Assembly: GCA_944383255.1 (NCBI GenBank)
Contig: CALWOY010000041.1
Coordinates: 1 to 55,200, forward strand
Length of the DNA stretch: 55,200 bases
Reading direction: 5' to 3'
DNA from: an uncultured Clostridia bacterium
Lineage (GTDB): Bacteria > Bacillota > Clostridia > Christensenellales > UBA1242
Shown: one piece after another, positions 9,601 to 19,365 of the stretch
How positions within the stretch are numbered: position 1 is the stretch's first letter
Layout: every line of letters begins with the position of its first letter
The notes under the pieces: model-generated
What the model was told of the DNA's origin: nothing
The model's database searches: none
What the model saw: the letters and a program-made list of their open reading frames with translations, nothing else
Made by a program: the position numbers and the translations under genes

Positions 9601-11587
9601 AATTTTGATAGTTGGCAATCCAAATACTGGTAAAAGTACTTTTTTTAATACTCTTACAGGGGAGAAAGTTCATACAGGAAATTTTCATGGTGTAACTGTA
9701 TCATTTACGAGAGCTAAATCAAAATTTACACAGCATACATTTGTTGATTTACCTGGTATATATAGTCTTTCACCTAATAGTTATGAAGAAAAGGTTTCCA
9801 TAGATTATATTCTTTCACACAAAAAATCTTATATTATTTGTCTTTGTAACAATCAAACATTAAGAAGAAACTTACTTCTTGCAATGGAACTAATAAAATT
9901 AGGAAGAAAAATTTTAATAGTAATAAACGAAGTTGGCAATGATATAAGTTTGGATTACAACAAATTAAAAGAAAAATTGGGCATTGCTGTTGTAAATTTA
10001 AAAGCAAATAAATTGAAAAGTTTTAATCGTTTGTTTGATATTTTAAATAAACTAGAATTTACAAATACAAATTCAAATGAAATTGATTTTTATAAGATAA
10101 AATCACTTTGTGGCTGCGAATATTATCGTAAATTATTAAATTTAAATGATAGCATTTCACAAGAAAATCATAAATATTTAGAAAATTATATAAAATTAAA
10201 CTATGAACAAATTGATAATATTTTAGCTTGTTGTGAATATAAATCAAAAAAAATAATTGGTAAAAGCAAAATAGATAAAATAATATTAAATAAATATCTC
10301 TGTTTGCCTATATTTTTTTGTATTTTATTTGTAATTTTTTATTTAACATTTTTCAGTGTGGGGAAATTTTTGTCTAACAATTTAAGATATTTAATACAAA
10401 ATATCATAGGAAAAAATGTAGTTAATTTTCTTTATAATCAAAATGTTCCAGACTTTTTAATTGCACTTACAAGAGATGGTATATTTAATGGAGTAGGTAG
10501 TGTTATATCCTTTTTACCACAGGTAGTAATGCTTTTTTTGTTCTTAGATATTTTAGAACAAACAGGATATATATCCAGACTTGCGTTTTGTCTTGATGAT
10601 ACTTTAAAAAATGTTGGGCTGTCTGGTAGAAGTGTTTATACTCTTATAATGGGCTTTGGATGCAGTACCACTGCGTCACTGACTGCACGCAATATGAGCG
10701 ATAAAAATGCAAAAATTAAAACTGCACTACTTTCACCATATATGAGTTGTAGTGCCAAATTACCTGTATATGCAGTAATTGGTGGTGCGTTTTTTGGTGC
10801 ACAAAATATTTTAATTATTGCACTAATATATATCTTGGGAGTAATTATTGCCCTACTTATGAGTTTGTTTTTAGAAAAAAGCAAATTACCATCAAATAAG
10901 CAAACTTTTATAATGGAATTTCCTTCATATCAAAAGGTATCTATAAAACATACATTATCTTATACTTTACAAAGCGCTTTATCATTTTTGGTTCGTATCG
11001 GAAGTGTGATTTTATCATTATCAATTGTAGTTTGGCTTTTGCAGAATATTTCATTTTCACTTACATATGTAAAATTCTCTGGGCAGAAAAGCATTTTACA
11101 AACATTGGGTGAAATTTTAGCACCCATATTTTCTCCACTTGGTTTCTCTTCATGGGGAGCGGTGAGTGCACTTATGGCGGGACTTGTTGCTAAAGAGGTT
11201 ATTGTGTCTTCGATAGCCATTTTTAATGGTGTAAATACTTCGACTATTGCAGAAAGTATTGTATTAACGTCAAGTGCAGTTCATTTTACACCTGCAAGTG
11301 CAATAAGTTTTATGGTTTTTTGTCTACTTTATTGTCCTTGTATATCCACCTTGGTAACATTTAAAAAAGAATTGGGTACAAAATGGGCAGTATTTTCAAT
11401 TATTTCTCAATTTTTAATTGCCTATGTAATATCCATGTTTACTTATACACTTTTTAAAATTACTGAATTATTTGGGTATGTGACAACTGTTATTTGTGTT
11501 ATTATTTTTATTATATTATTTTATTCTCTTATTCATTATTTAAAAAGAAAGAAAAATTGTGCTTATTGCAACAAAAAGTGCAAATAA
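9593..11587 (+). CDS. feoB: Ferrous iron transporter FeoB
   Basis: 664 aa. N-terminal G-domain GNPNTGKSTFFN and DLPGIYSL, followed by a polytopic membrane domain. Confidence 0.95.
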   Translation: MDEILIVGNPNTGKSTFFNTLTGEKVHTGNFHGVTVSFTRAKSKFTQHTFVDLPGIYSLSPNSYEEKVSIDYILSHKKSYIICLCNNQTLRRNLLLAMELIKLGRKILIVINEVGNDISLDYNKLKEKLGIAVVNLKANKLKSFNRLFDILNKLEFTNTNSNEIDFYKIKSLCGCEYYRKLLNLNDSISQENHKYLENYIKLNYEQIDNILACCEYKSKKIIGKSKIDKIILNKYLCLPIFFCILFVIFYLTFFSVGKFLSNNLRYLIQNIIGKNVVNFLYNQNVPDFLIALTRDGIFNGVGSVISFLPQVVMLFLFLDILEQTGYISRLAFCLDDTLKNVGLSGRSVYTLIMGFGCSTTASLTARNMSDKNAKIKTALLSPYMSCSAKLPVYAVIGGAFFGAQNILIIALIYILGVIIALLMSLFLEKSKLPSNKQTFIMEFPSYQKVSIKHTLSYTLQSALSFLVRIGSVILSLSIVVWLLQNISFSLTYVKFSGQKSILQTLGEILAPIFSPLGFSSWGAVSALMAGLVAKEVIVSSIAIFNGVNTSTIAESIVLTSSAVHFTPASAISFMVFCLLYCPCISTLVTFKKELGTKWAVFSIISQFLIAYVISMFTYTLFKITELFGYVTTVICVIIFIILFYSLIHYLKRKKNCAYCNKKCK

Positions 11588-11633
11588 TACATATTTGAAT
11601 ATTTTTTGCAAATATTAAAACAAAGAGGTATTT

Positions 11634-12245
11634 ATGAATTTGTCTTTTGTTTTAATGGGTGTACTTTCAATACTTTGTGCATTTGGTGTTTTTGAAAGTA
11701 TTTTAAAATTATGTGGGCTTAATAGACTTTTAGTTTCATTATTTTTTCTTGTGGGAGCAGTTTTATCGCTTTTTGGAAGTATAAATATTTTTGGCTATGA
11801 AATTTCTTTTAACATATTTAATTTCACATTGGCATTTGTAGTTTTGCTTCCAAAGTTAAAAAACGCGAAAAATACAATTTCTATGCTCCTTTGCTCTTTA
11901 ATAATACTCGCTACTTTTGTTTGCTATAATGCATTTGATTTGACTAATTTTGAGTACAATTTTGTTCAACCTTATGTATATATGGCGATAATATTAGGCA
12001 TCATATTTTCAATATTTGTTAAAAATATCAGTTCGGTATTTTGCGGTTCATATATCGGTAGTATAATTTTTGAAATGGTATCTTTTGATATGTTTGGACA
12101 AAATATGGAAACAAATTTCTTGCTGGGCGGAGAAATGATGGTCACATCTATTATTATAGTATGTTTAACTTACGCAATCTTTTTTTGGTTAAGGAACTTT
12201 ATAACAAATTTAAAACTTAAAAAGAAAACGAAATCACTTAATTAA
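11634..12245 (+). CDS. Hypothetical polytopic membrane protein
   Basis: 203 aa with about 6 hydrophobic helices and a GAGG RBS. Family not recognised. Confidence 0.55.
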   Translation: MNLSFVLMGVLSILCAFGVFESILKLCGLNRLLVSLFFLVGAVLSLFGSINIFGYEISFNIFNFTLAFVVLLPKLKNAKNTISMLLCSLIILATFVCYNAFDLTNFEYNFVQPYVYMAIILGIIFSIFVKNISSVFCGSYIGSIIFEMVSFDMFGQNMETNFLLGGEMMVTSIIIVCLTYAIFFWLRNFITNLKLKKKTKSLN

Positions 12246-12247
12246 AC

Positions 12248-12276
12248 TTGTTAAAATGTAGGTAATATGTTATACT
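12248..12276 (+). promoter_or_regulatory. Putative promoter of der-plsY
   Basis: TTGTTA, 17 nt, TATACT, with TGT immediately before the -10 (extended -10). Confidence 0.4.
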
Positions 12277-12295
12277 TCTAGCTAAGGAGTATATT

Positions 12296-13615
12296 GTGGC
12301 AAAGCCTTTGGTTGCAATAGTTGGTCGCCCAAATGTTGGAAAAAGCACATTTTTTAATAAATTATGTGGCAAGAGAATCAGTATCGTTGATGATTCTCCA
12401 GGTGTAACACGCGATAGAATATATGCAGATGCCGAATGGTGTGGACATAATTTTAGAATAGTTGATACTGGTGGTATTGATATAAAAAGTGATGATGTAT
12501 TTCAAGATGCCATTCGTACTCAAGTCGATATTGCAATTGATTTTGCTGACGTAATTGTTTTTGTTGTTGATGGCAGAGAGGGACTCACACAGGTAGATGA
12601 AGAAGTTGCTGAGATTTTGAGAAAGACAAACAAAAAAGTAATTCTGGTTGTTAATAAACTTGATAATTTTGAAGTTGAAAAAACTTATGAATTCTATTCG
12701 CTCGGCTTTGGTGATCCATTTCCAATATCTTGTGAGCAAGCAAAAGGGCTTGGTGAAGTTTTGGACGAAATAGTGTCTTCACTTAATAAAGTAGATGAAA
12801 GTTATACAGATGATGCTATTAAAATTGCAATTGTTGGTAGACCAAATGTTGGTAAAAGTAGTTTAACTAATAAAATTTTAGGTTTTGAAAGGGCAGTCGT
12901 AAGTGATGTGATTGGAACAACTCGAGATGCAACTACAACAGAGTTTACTTATAATAAAAATAAATATGCAGTGATAGATACTGCAGGGCTTCGCAGACAG
13001 CGTAGTTATGATAAGCAAAGCGTTGAAGGATATTCAGTTATACGTTCAATGGAGGCTATAGAACGTGCTGATGTTGTTTTAATAGTGTTTGATGCAACGC
13101 AGGGCATTACAGAACAAGATGTCAGAATTGCTGGTTATGTTAACGATAAAGGTAAGCCAAGTGTAATTGTTGTAAATAAATGGGATTTGGTTGATAAAAA
13201 TACCTATACCATGAATGAATTTGAAAAAAACTTAAAAGATGAACTTTCTTTTATGTCATATTTTAAAAGCATATATGTTTCAGCGGTTACGGGGCAAAGG
13301 CTAAGTAGTGTTATTGAACTTGCCAAGTCTGCGTATGACAATTCTAGCAAGAAAATACCAACTGGGAAATTAAATGAACTTCTTGGGGAAGCAATTCTGT
13401 CAAATGAACCGCCATATAGAAATGGCAAGAAATTAAAGATAAATTATATTACACAAAAAAGTTCTAATCCACCAACATTTTTGCTATTTTGTAATGACGC
13501 TTCACTTATGCATTTTTCTTATCTGAGATATTTGGAAAATAGGTTTAGACAAGCCATAGATTTTAGTGGAACACCAATAACTTTTATAACTCGTTCAAAG
13601 GGAGATAGCAACTGA
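12296..13615 (+). CDS. der: Ribosome-associated GTPase Der (EngA)
   Basis: 439 aa from a GTG start, with AAGGAG 6 nt upstream. Two tandem G-domains (GRPNVGKSTFFN, GRPNVGKSSLTN) and a KH-like C-terminus. Confidence 0.95.
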   Translation: MAKPLVAIVGRPNVGKSTFFNKLCGKRISIVDDSPGVTRDRIYADAEWCGHNFRIVDTGGIDIKSDDVFQDAIRTQVDIAIDFADVIVFVVDGREGLTQVDEEVAEILRKTNKKVILVVNKLDNFEVEKTYEFYSLGFGDPFPISCEQAKGLGEVLDEIVSSLNKVDESYTDDAIKIAIVGRPNVGKSSLTNKILGFERAVVSDVIGTTRDATTTEFTYNKNKYAVIDTAGLRRQRSYDKQSVEGYSVIRSMEAIERADVVLIVFDATQGITEQDVRIAGYVNDKGKPSVIVVNKWDLVDKNTYTMNEFEKNLKDELSFMSYFKSIYVSAVTGQRLSSVIELAKSAYDNSSKKIPTGKLNELLGEAILSNEPPYRNGKKLKINYITQKSSNPPTFLLFCNDASLMHFSYLRYLENRFRQAIDFSGTPITFITRSKGDSN

Positions 13616-13616
13616 T

Positions 13617-14339
13617 TTGGAAATTTTAAATTATATTATTTTAGTTTTATGTGGATATTTATTAGGGAATATAAGTTCTGCTAAACTTATATCACGAATG
13701 AAACATGATGACATCACAAAACACGGAAGCGGTAACCCTGGTTCAATGAATATGTTAAGAACTTTTGGTTTTAAGTATGGGCTTTTAACATTATTTTTTG
13801 ATGCTTTAAAAGGAGCAATTCCAGCGTTACTTGGTTTCTTTATGTTTGGTGGTGATGTAAATAATGAACTGAGTTTTATTGGCTTGTATATAGGTGGGGC
13901 AAGTGCGGTGCTAGGACATTGTTTTCCAGTGTTTTATAAATTCAAAGGTGGTAAAGGTGTTGCTACTATGCTTGGAATGTTTGCGGTAGCAGAACCTTAT
14001 TGGGCAATTATTGCTTTTGTTGTATGCTTTTTGTATTTGGTTATTTTTGATTATGGTGCACTCACATCGTTTCTATTTATAACTGCACTTACCGTTGTGG
14101 AAGGGTATAAATTTCACGATAACATTATTATTACAATAATTTTGTTTTCCTTATACTTTTTAATGTGGTTTATGCATAGGGGGAATATTACTAGACTTCT
14201 TATTGGTAAAGAAAATAAGGTTAATTTTATAGACAAATTGAAAAAAATTGGTAAAAAAGAGCCAAATTTATCAAGAAAAGAGCGTAAGCAAATAAAAAAA
14301 GAAAACACAAAAAAAGCAAAAGAACGCGAAATTGGTTAA
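13617..14339 (+). CDS. plsY: Glycerol-3-phosphate acyltransferase PlsY with basic C-terminal extension
   Basis: TTG start 1 nt after the der stop. GYLLGNISSAKLI, HGSGNPGSMNMLRTFG and KGGKGVAT match PlsY. About 40 extra Lys-rich residues follow at the C-terminus. Confidence 0.88.
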   Translation: MEILNYIILVLCGYLLGNISSAKLISRMKHDDITKHGSGNPGSMNMLRTFGFKYGLLTLFFDALKGAIPALLGFFMFGGDVNNELSFIGLYIGGASAVLGHCFPVFYKFKGGKGVATMLGMFAVAEPYWAIIAFVVCFLYLVIFDYGALTSFLFITALTVVEGYKFHDNIIITIILFSLYFLMWFMHRGNITRLLIGKENKVNFIDKLKKIGKKEPNLSRKERKQIKKENTKKAKEREIG

Positions 14340-14404
14340 CAGAAAATTATTTTAAACATATAGACAAATTCATCGCTTTATGATATTATATATTATAGAA
14401 AATT

Positions 14405-14746
14405 ATGAAAAAATTATATTTTTTTATTTTAACTTTAATAACAACCGCTTTTGTAATAGGACTTGCATTACTTAAAGTAAATGAGGCTTGCTCAAATGAA
14501 TTGTTTTCTATTTCAGCAAATGTGCAGCCATATGTTGATTTCGCAGTTGAATATGGCGCAATGACTCTATTATGTTTATTTGCTTTTGGTGGACTTGCAG
14601 GAAAAATAATAAAAATTATATTGATTATTTTAATAATATTGGCAATAGTTGTATTTATAATTGCAACGGTGGTTCCAGATTGGATAGGAAGCCTTTTTAA
14701 CGGTGGTGAGGCTATAATAAAAATATTTACTGACATGTTTATTTGA
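14405..14746 (+). CDS. Hypothetical small membrane protein
   Basis: 113 aa with 3 hydrophobic segments. No recognisable family. Confidence 0.45.
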   Translation: MKKLYFFILTLITTAFVIGLALLKVNEACSNELFSISANVQPYVDFAVEYGAMTLLCLFAFGGLAGKIIKIILIILIILAIVVFIIATVVPDWIGSLFNGGEAIIKIFTDMFI

Positions 14747-14783
14747 AATGCCGTATGGCATTTTTTATTTAAAAGGATATAAT

Positions 14784-17300
14784 ATGAAAACACTTTTAAT
14801 AATAGATGGTAATAGTCTTGCAAATCGGGCATTCTACGCATTGCCTCTTTTAACGAATAGAGATGGTGAATATTCAAATGCGGTTTATGGTTTTGTAAAT
14901 ATTTTAGTTAAATGTATAACAGATATAAAACCAGAGTATATATGTGTTGCATTCGATCATTCAAGGCATACCTTTAGAACAGAAATGTACGCTGAGTATA
15001 AAGGTACAAGAAAAGAAATGCCTACTGAACTTAGAGAGCAAATGCCACTACTTAAAACTCTTTTAAACTTAATGAATATTACTACATTTGAAATGACTGA
15101 TATTGAAGCAGATGATATTATTGGAACAGTAGCGAAGCATAGCACTGTCAAAAATATTATTCTTTCAGGAGATAGAGATGTTTTACAACTTATAGATGAA
15201 AATACTGAAGTTTGGCTTACAAAAAAAGGGATAACAGAAGTTGAGAAAATAAATATAAGTAATATAAAAGATAGGTTTGGTATTAGTCCTGCTCAGATAA
15301 TTGATTTAAAAGCACTAATGGGTGATAGTTCTGACAATATCCCAGGGGTATTAGGCATAGGTTCAGTTACTGCTACTAAACTTTTACAAACTTATAATAC
15401 TTTAGATAATATATACAATAATATCAATGGAATTAAAGGTAGATTAAAAGAAAAATTGGTTTTAGGTAGGGATAGTGCATATTTATCATATAAGCTGGCA
15501 ACAATAAATACAAATTGTGATATTGATGTCAATTTACTACATTTTCAATATGATTTTCCTTTTAATGCAAGTGTAAAAGAATTTTTTGAGAAATATCAAT
15601 TCCGCTCACTACTTCGAAGGCAAGAATTGTTTTCAGATTGTGCTAATGAATTGCAATCTTCGGTGCATAAATTAAAAGAAAACCGTATTGAAATTAAAGA
15701 TGAAAATCAACTAAAAGTAATTTTAAATGGTGAAATAAAATATCTTGCTTTTGATTTTTTAAGTGATATTGAATTTTCAATCAACGATGATGCTGTATAT
15801 GTTGTACCTTCTCAAAAAGACCTTTTTTCAACAATTGATGAAGATGTTGTTTTAAAATATTTAACACCAATTTTGTATGATGAAAATATAGTTAAAATAA
15901 CTTATGATTTAAAATCTCACATGCATAGAAATGATGTTTTTTTGAAATTAAAAGGTGAAGTTTTTGATGTAAGTATTGCATTATATCTTGTCCACGCGGG
16001 TGAAAAGAGAGGAAAAGATATAATAACTCAAGAATTTAGTCTTTTAAGACAAGATTTGTTAGACCAAATGCAAAAATTGGGACTGATGTTTGTTTATAAC
16101 AACATAGAAATTCCTTTAACATATGTACTATATAAAATGGAAAAAGATGGTTTTTATATAAATAGCGACCATTTAAGCGAATTGACTGACAAATACAAAA
16201 CAGAACTAGAACATATTCAAAATCAAATTTATGCATATGCAAATAAAGATTTTAATTTAAATTCACCAAAACAAGTTGCAAGCATTTTATTTGATGAACT
16301 TAAACTAAGTGATTTTAACAACAAAAAGCACTCTACAAGCATTGAATATTTAAATTTGCTTATAGATGAACATCCTATTGTGCCTTTACTTATAAGATAT
16401 CGTAAAGTACAAAAATTGGTTAGTGGTTATTTAGACCCTTATACAAAACTTGTCAGTGAAAAAGGTGAGTGTATACACACAATTTTTAATCAGACTTTGA
16501 CGGCAACGGGTAGACTCTCATCAAGCGAACCAAATTTGCAAAATTTACCAATTAGAGAAGAAGACGGTAGAAATCTTCGTAAACTTTTTGTTTCTCGCTT
16601 TGATAATGGTTCAATTGTTTCAGCCGATTATAACCAAATTGAACTTAGGCTTCTTGCTGCCTTTTCTGGTGACGAACATTTGATTGAAGCGTATTTAAAT
16701 GGTGAGGATATCCATAGGTCAACTGCCGCTAGAATATTTTCAAAACCTTTGGATGCAGTAACACAAAGTGAACGTTCATCAGCAAAAGCAGTAAATTTTG
16801 GAATTATATATGGAATTAGTGCGTTTGGGTTATCAAATCAATTGGGGATATCTGCAAAAGAAGCCAAGATTTTTATGGATAGATATCATACTACTTATCC
16901 AAATGTAACAACATATATGGCGCAAAACGTCGCTTTTGCAAGAGCAAGTGGAATTAGTAGGACAATGTTTGGAAGGATTAGGAAAATAAACGAACTTCAC
17001 TCTTTAAATAAAAATATGCAGCAGTTTGGCGAAAGAGTGGCAATGAATATGCCACTTCAAGGCAGTGCATCAGACATAATAAAATTGGCAATGATAAAAG
17101 TTGATAGAGAATTAAGTTCAAAAAAATTAAAATCTAAACTCATTTTACAAATTCATGATGAACTTATTGTTGATTGTGCTAAAGGTGAAGAGCAAATGGT
17201 AAAAGACATATTAAAATCATGTATGGAAAATGTAGTACACCTAAGAGTTCCACTAATTGTAAGTATAGGCAGTGGTAAAACTTGGTATGATGCAAAATAA
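14784..17300 (+). CDS. polA: DNA polymerase I
   Basis: Start moved to MKTLLIIDGNSLANRAFYA (5'-nuclease domain). Polymerase motifs RLSSSEPNLQNLP, KAVNFGIIYG and QIHDELIV are present. Confidence 0.95.
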   Translation: MKTLLIIDGNSLANRAFYALPLLTNRDGEYSNAVYGFVNILVKCITDIKPEYICVAFDHSRHTFRTEMYAEYKGTRKEMPTELREQMPLLKTLLNLMNITTFEMTDIEADDIIGTVAKHSTVKNIILSGDRDVLQLIDENTEVWLTKKGITEVEKINISNIKDRFGISPAQIIDLKALMGDSSDNIPGVLGIGSVTATKLLQTYNTLDNIYNNINGIKGRLKEKLVLGRDSAYLSYKLATINTNCDIDVNLLHFQYDFPFNASVKEFFEKYQFRSLLRRQELFSDCANELQSSVHKLKENRIEIKDENQLKVILNGEIKYLAFDFLSDIEFSINDDAVYVVPSQKDLFSTIDEDVVLKYLTPILYDENIVKITYDLKSHMHRNDVFLKLKGEVFDVSIALYLVHAGEKRGKDIITQEFSLLRQDLLDQMQKLGLMFVYNNIEIPLTYVLYKMEKDGFYINSDHLSELTDKYKTELEHIQNQIYAYANKDFNLNSPKQVASILFDELKLSDFNNKKHSTSIEYLNLLIDEHPIVPLLIRYRKVQKLVSGYLDPYTKLVSEKGECIHTIFNQTLTATGRLSSSEPNLQNLPIREEDGRNLRKLFVSRFDNGSIVSADYNQIELRLLAAFSGDEHLIEAYLNGEDIHRSTAARIFSKPLDAVTQSERSSAKAVNFGIIYGISAFGLSNQLGISAKEAKIFMDRYHTTYPNVTTYMAQNVAFARASGISRTMFGRIRKINELHSLNKNMQQFGERVAMNMPLQGSASDIIKLAMIKVDRELSSKKLKSKLILQIHDELIVDCAKGEEQMVKDILKSCMENVVHLRVPLIVSIGSGKTWYDAK

Positions 17301-17354
17301 GCATTTTTTAGTTGATTAAATTTTTGTTTGTTGTTAAAATAATAACAAGGAGGA

Positions 17355-17837
17355 ATGATGAAGAAGAAAAGACTTATTACAAACATCATTGCAATAGGAC
17401 TTGTAGTTGTGGCTTTCATAGGTATTTTCCTTGCCATGTGGGTTCCACAAATAACAAGTGATATTACAAACACCACACAAACTCTTGACGGCATTGGCAT
17501 TTTCGCTGAAAAAGCCGGCGACAATGCTGCACTTGGGACAGTTTGTGAAGTTTTGTTGTTAATTGCATTAGTGCTTGGATGTTTGTATGCAATTTGTTAT
17601 CTCTTGGGCTTCATTGGTATTGGCAAAATAGACTGGAACAAAGTATTAAAACTTATTGCAATAGTTGAATTACTTTTGGCTTTAGTCGCAATTGTTCTTG
17701 GTATTGTATACTGTGTATCACAGAGTAATGTCAATGACTATTTGTCAGCCATCTTAATGCCAGGTGTTGGCTTCTATATGCTCAGTCTTGGAACACTCTT
17801 ATCTGGTATCGTTGGCGTATTTGCAAATAGAAAATAA
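17355..17837 (+). CDS. Hypothetical membrane protein (4 TM)
   Basis: 160 aa. AGGAGG RBS and hydrophobic helices. Family not recognised. Confidence 0.55.
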   Translation: MMKKKRLITNIIAIGLVVVAFIGIFLAMWVPQITSDITNTTQTLDGIGIFAEKAGDNAALGTVCEVLLLIALVLGCLYAICYLLGFIGIGKIDWNKVLKLIAIVELLLALVAIVLGIVYCVSQSNVNDYLSAILMPGVGFYMLSLGTLLSGIVGVFANRK

Positions 17838-17847
17838 CAAATTGTTT

Positions 17848-17877
17848 AAAAAAACTTGCCTTTTGGCAAGTTTTTTT
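17848..17877. terminator. Bidirectional intrinsic terminator between convergent genes
   Basis: AAAAAACTTGCC-TTTT-GGCAAGTTTTTTT: a perfect stem flanked by an A-run and a T-run. Confidence 0.7.
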
Positions 17878-17881
17878 ATAT

Positions 17882-19006
17882 CTAAAGTTTGGATATTTGT
17901 TTAATTGCTTTAACAAATCTTTCACATTCGGTAAAGGTGTTAAAATACGAAAGCGATGCTCTTACAACACCTTGCTCCAAAGTGTTTAAAAATCTGTGTT
18001 TAAGTCCCGCACAATGTAGCCCTCCGCGTACACATATTCCGTATTTGTCACTTAATATTTGACTGACTTCAGTTGAACCAAAGTCCTTTACATTAAAACC
18101 AATCACACCATATGCATTGTTTGGATGTGTATATACTTTTACGCCATTTATTTGACTTAGTTCAAAATTTAAATAAGTTGAAAGGTCATCAAGTTTGGTA
18201 TTTATATCATTAAAATGTTTGTTCACAAATCCTAGCCCTGCTCCAAGACCTAAAATGTTTGGAGTTGGAAGAGTACCACTTTCATATCTTTCAAGTGATG
18301 TCGTTGGCTGATATAAATTTTCGCCCTCGGTGCCAGTACCTCCAAAGCGTATTGGATTTAAATTTACATTGTCAGAAAATCCAAGCACCCCAACACCTTG
18401 TGGAGCATAAAGTCCTTTGTGTGGTGCTAGTGAAAGCATATCTATACCGTATCCTTTCATATCAAGTTTCAAGTGTCCAGCACTTTGAGCTCCGTCAACT
18501 AAAAATAGTATATTTTTTTCTTTACAAAATTTGCCAATGCTTTCAATATCTGCAATTTCACCGTCTACATTTGACATATGGTTTACACACACAAGATAAG
18601 TGTTGTCTTTATAGTGTTTTGCTATGTCTGTAACAGTCAATACCCCCGGCTTTGTTGGCGTTGCAACTGATACCTCTATATCATATTTTTTCGACATTTC
18701 AAATATTGGTCTAGCACTTGCATTATGGTCATTTGAAGTACAAATAATATGTCCACCATTTTTTATTGTGCCTAATATTGCGAGATTGAGTGCGTCTGTA
18801 CAATTCTCTGTAAAAACTACATTGTCTGAATTTATAAATCGCTTTACGCTTTCACGTACAGATTCTACTTTATTTGCACATATCATACTTAGTTTATGTC
18901 CACTGCGACCAGGGTTGGCACTGTATTTTGTCAATCCTTCTAGTACTGCATTTATAACCTCTTTGGGTTTTACCATTGTAGTTGCACTGTTATCAAAATA
19001 AATCAT
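17882..19006 (-). CDS. Class V aminotransferase-fold cysteine desulfurase family protein
   Basis: 374 aa. PLP-lysine region SLAPHKGLYAPQGVGVL, and a NifS/Csd-like N-terminus (IYFDNSATT). Confidence 0.8.
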   Translation of the reverse strand: MIYFDNSATTMVKPKEVINAVLEGLTKYSANPGRSGHKLSMICANKVESVRESVKRFINSDNVVFTENCTDALNLAILGTIKNGGHIICTSNDHNASARPIFEMSKKYDIEVSVATPTKPGVLTVTDIAKHYKDNTYLVCVNHMSNVDGEIADIESIGKFCKEKNILFLVDGAQSAGHLKLDMKGYGIDMLSLAPHKGLYAPQGVGVLGFSDNVNLNPIRFGGTGTEGENLYQPTTSLERYESGTLPTPNILGLGAGLGFVNKHFNDINTKLDDLSTYLNFELSQINGVKVYTHPNNAYGVIGFNVKDFGSTEVSQILSDKYGICVRGGLHCAGLKHRFLNTLEQGVVRASLSYFNTFTECERFVKAIKQISKL

Positions 19007-19058
19007 ATAGTAATATGATATGAAATAATATCAAAAGTTGACTACAAAGGAGGATATT

Positions 19059-19319
19059 ATGGACTACTATATCGTAGTTTTTCGTGCCAGGTCACACACG
19101 ATAAACTTTGCAAACTTGCTAAGTTCGTATAAAGTTCAATGTCAAATAATCAACACTCCACGCAAAGTCAATGTTTCTTGCGGGATTTCTGTTAAATTTT
19201 TGCCAAAAGATCTTGTAATAGTTGAAAAACTTTTAGCAAGACGCAATTTTGATACTTTTGGTGGCATATATCATATCATTGGCATAGGGGGTACTCAAAG
19301 GGCAACCAGATTAAAATAA
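19059..19319 (+). CDS. DUF3343-like small protein (putative S/Se carrier-like)
   Basis: Start moved to MDYYIVVFRARSHTINFANLL (AGGAGG RBS). Resembles the DUF3343 pattern. Divergent from the desulfurase gene. Confidence 0.65.
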   Translation: MDYYIVVFRARSHTINFANLLSSYKVQCQIINTPRKVNVSCGISVKFLPKDLVIVEKLLARRNFDTFGGIYHIIGIGGTQRATRLK

Positions 19320-19347
19320 TTGACTTTTTACTAGTGTTTTATATAAT
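19320..19347 (+). promoter_or_regulatory. Putative promoter of the U32 gene
   Basis: TTGACT (19320-19325), 16 nt, TATAAT (19342-19347). Confidence 0.5.
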
Positions 19348-19365
19348 AAACATTAGGAGAAAAAT

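Noticed and set aside
14386-14877. Long antisense or out-of-frame ORFs within well-supported genes (also 433-816, 2433-2768, 17153-17524, 18259-19001, 25687-26562, 53620-54609 and others)
   Set aside because: These are shadow ORFs opposite to or overlapping confidently identified genes (PFOR, polA, desulfurase, floA, rpoB). Their composition is low-complexity and no known motifs are present.
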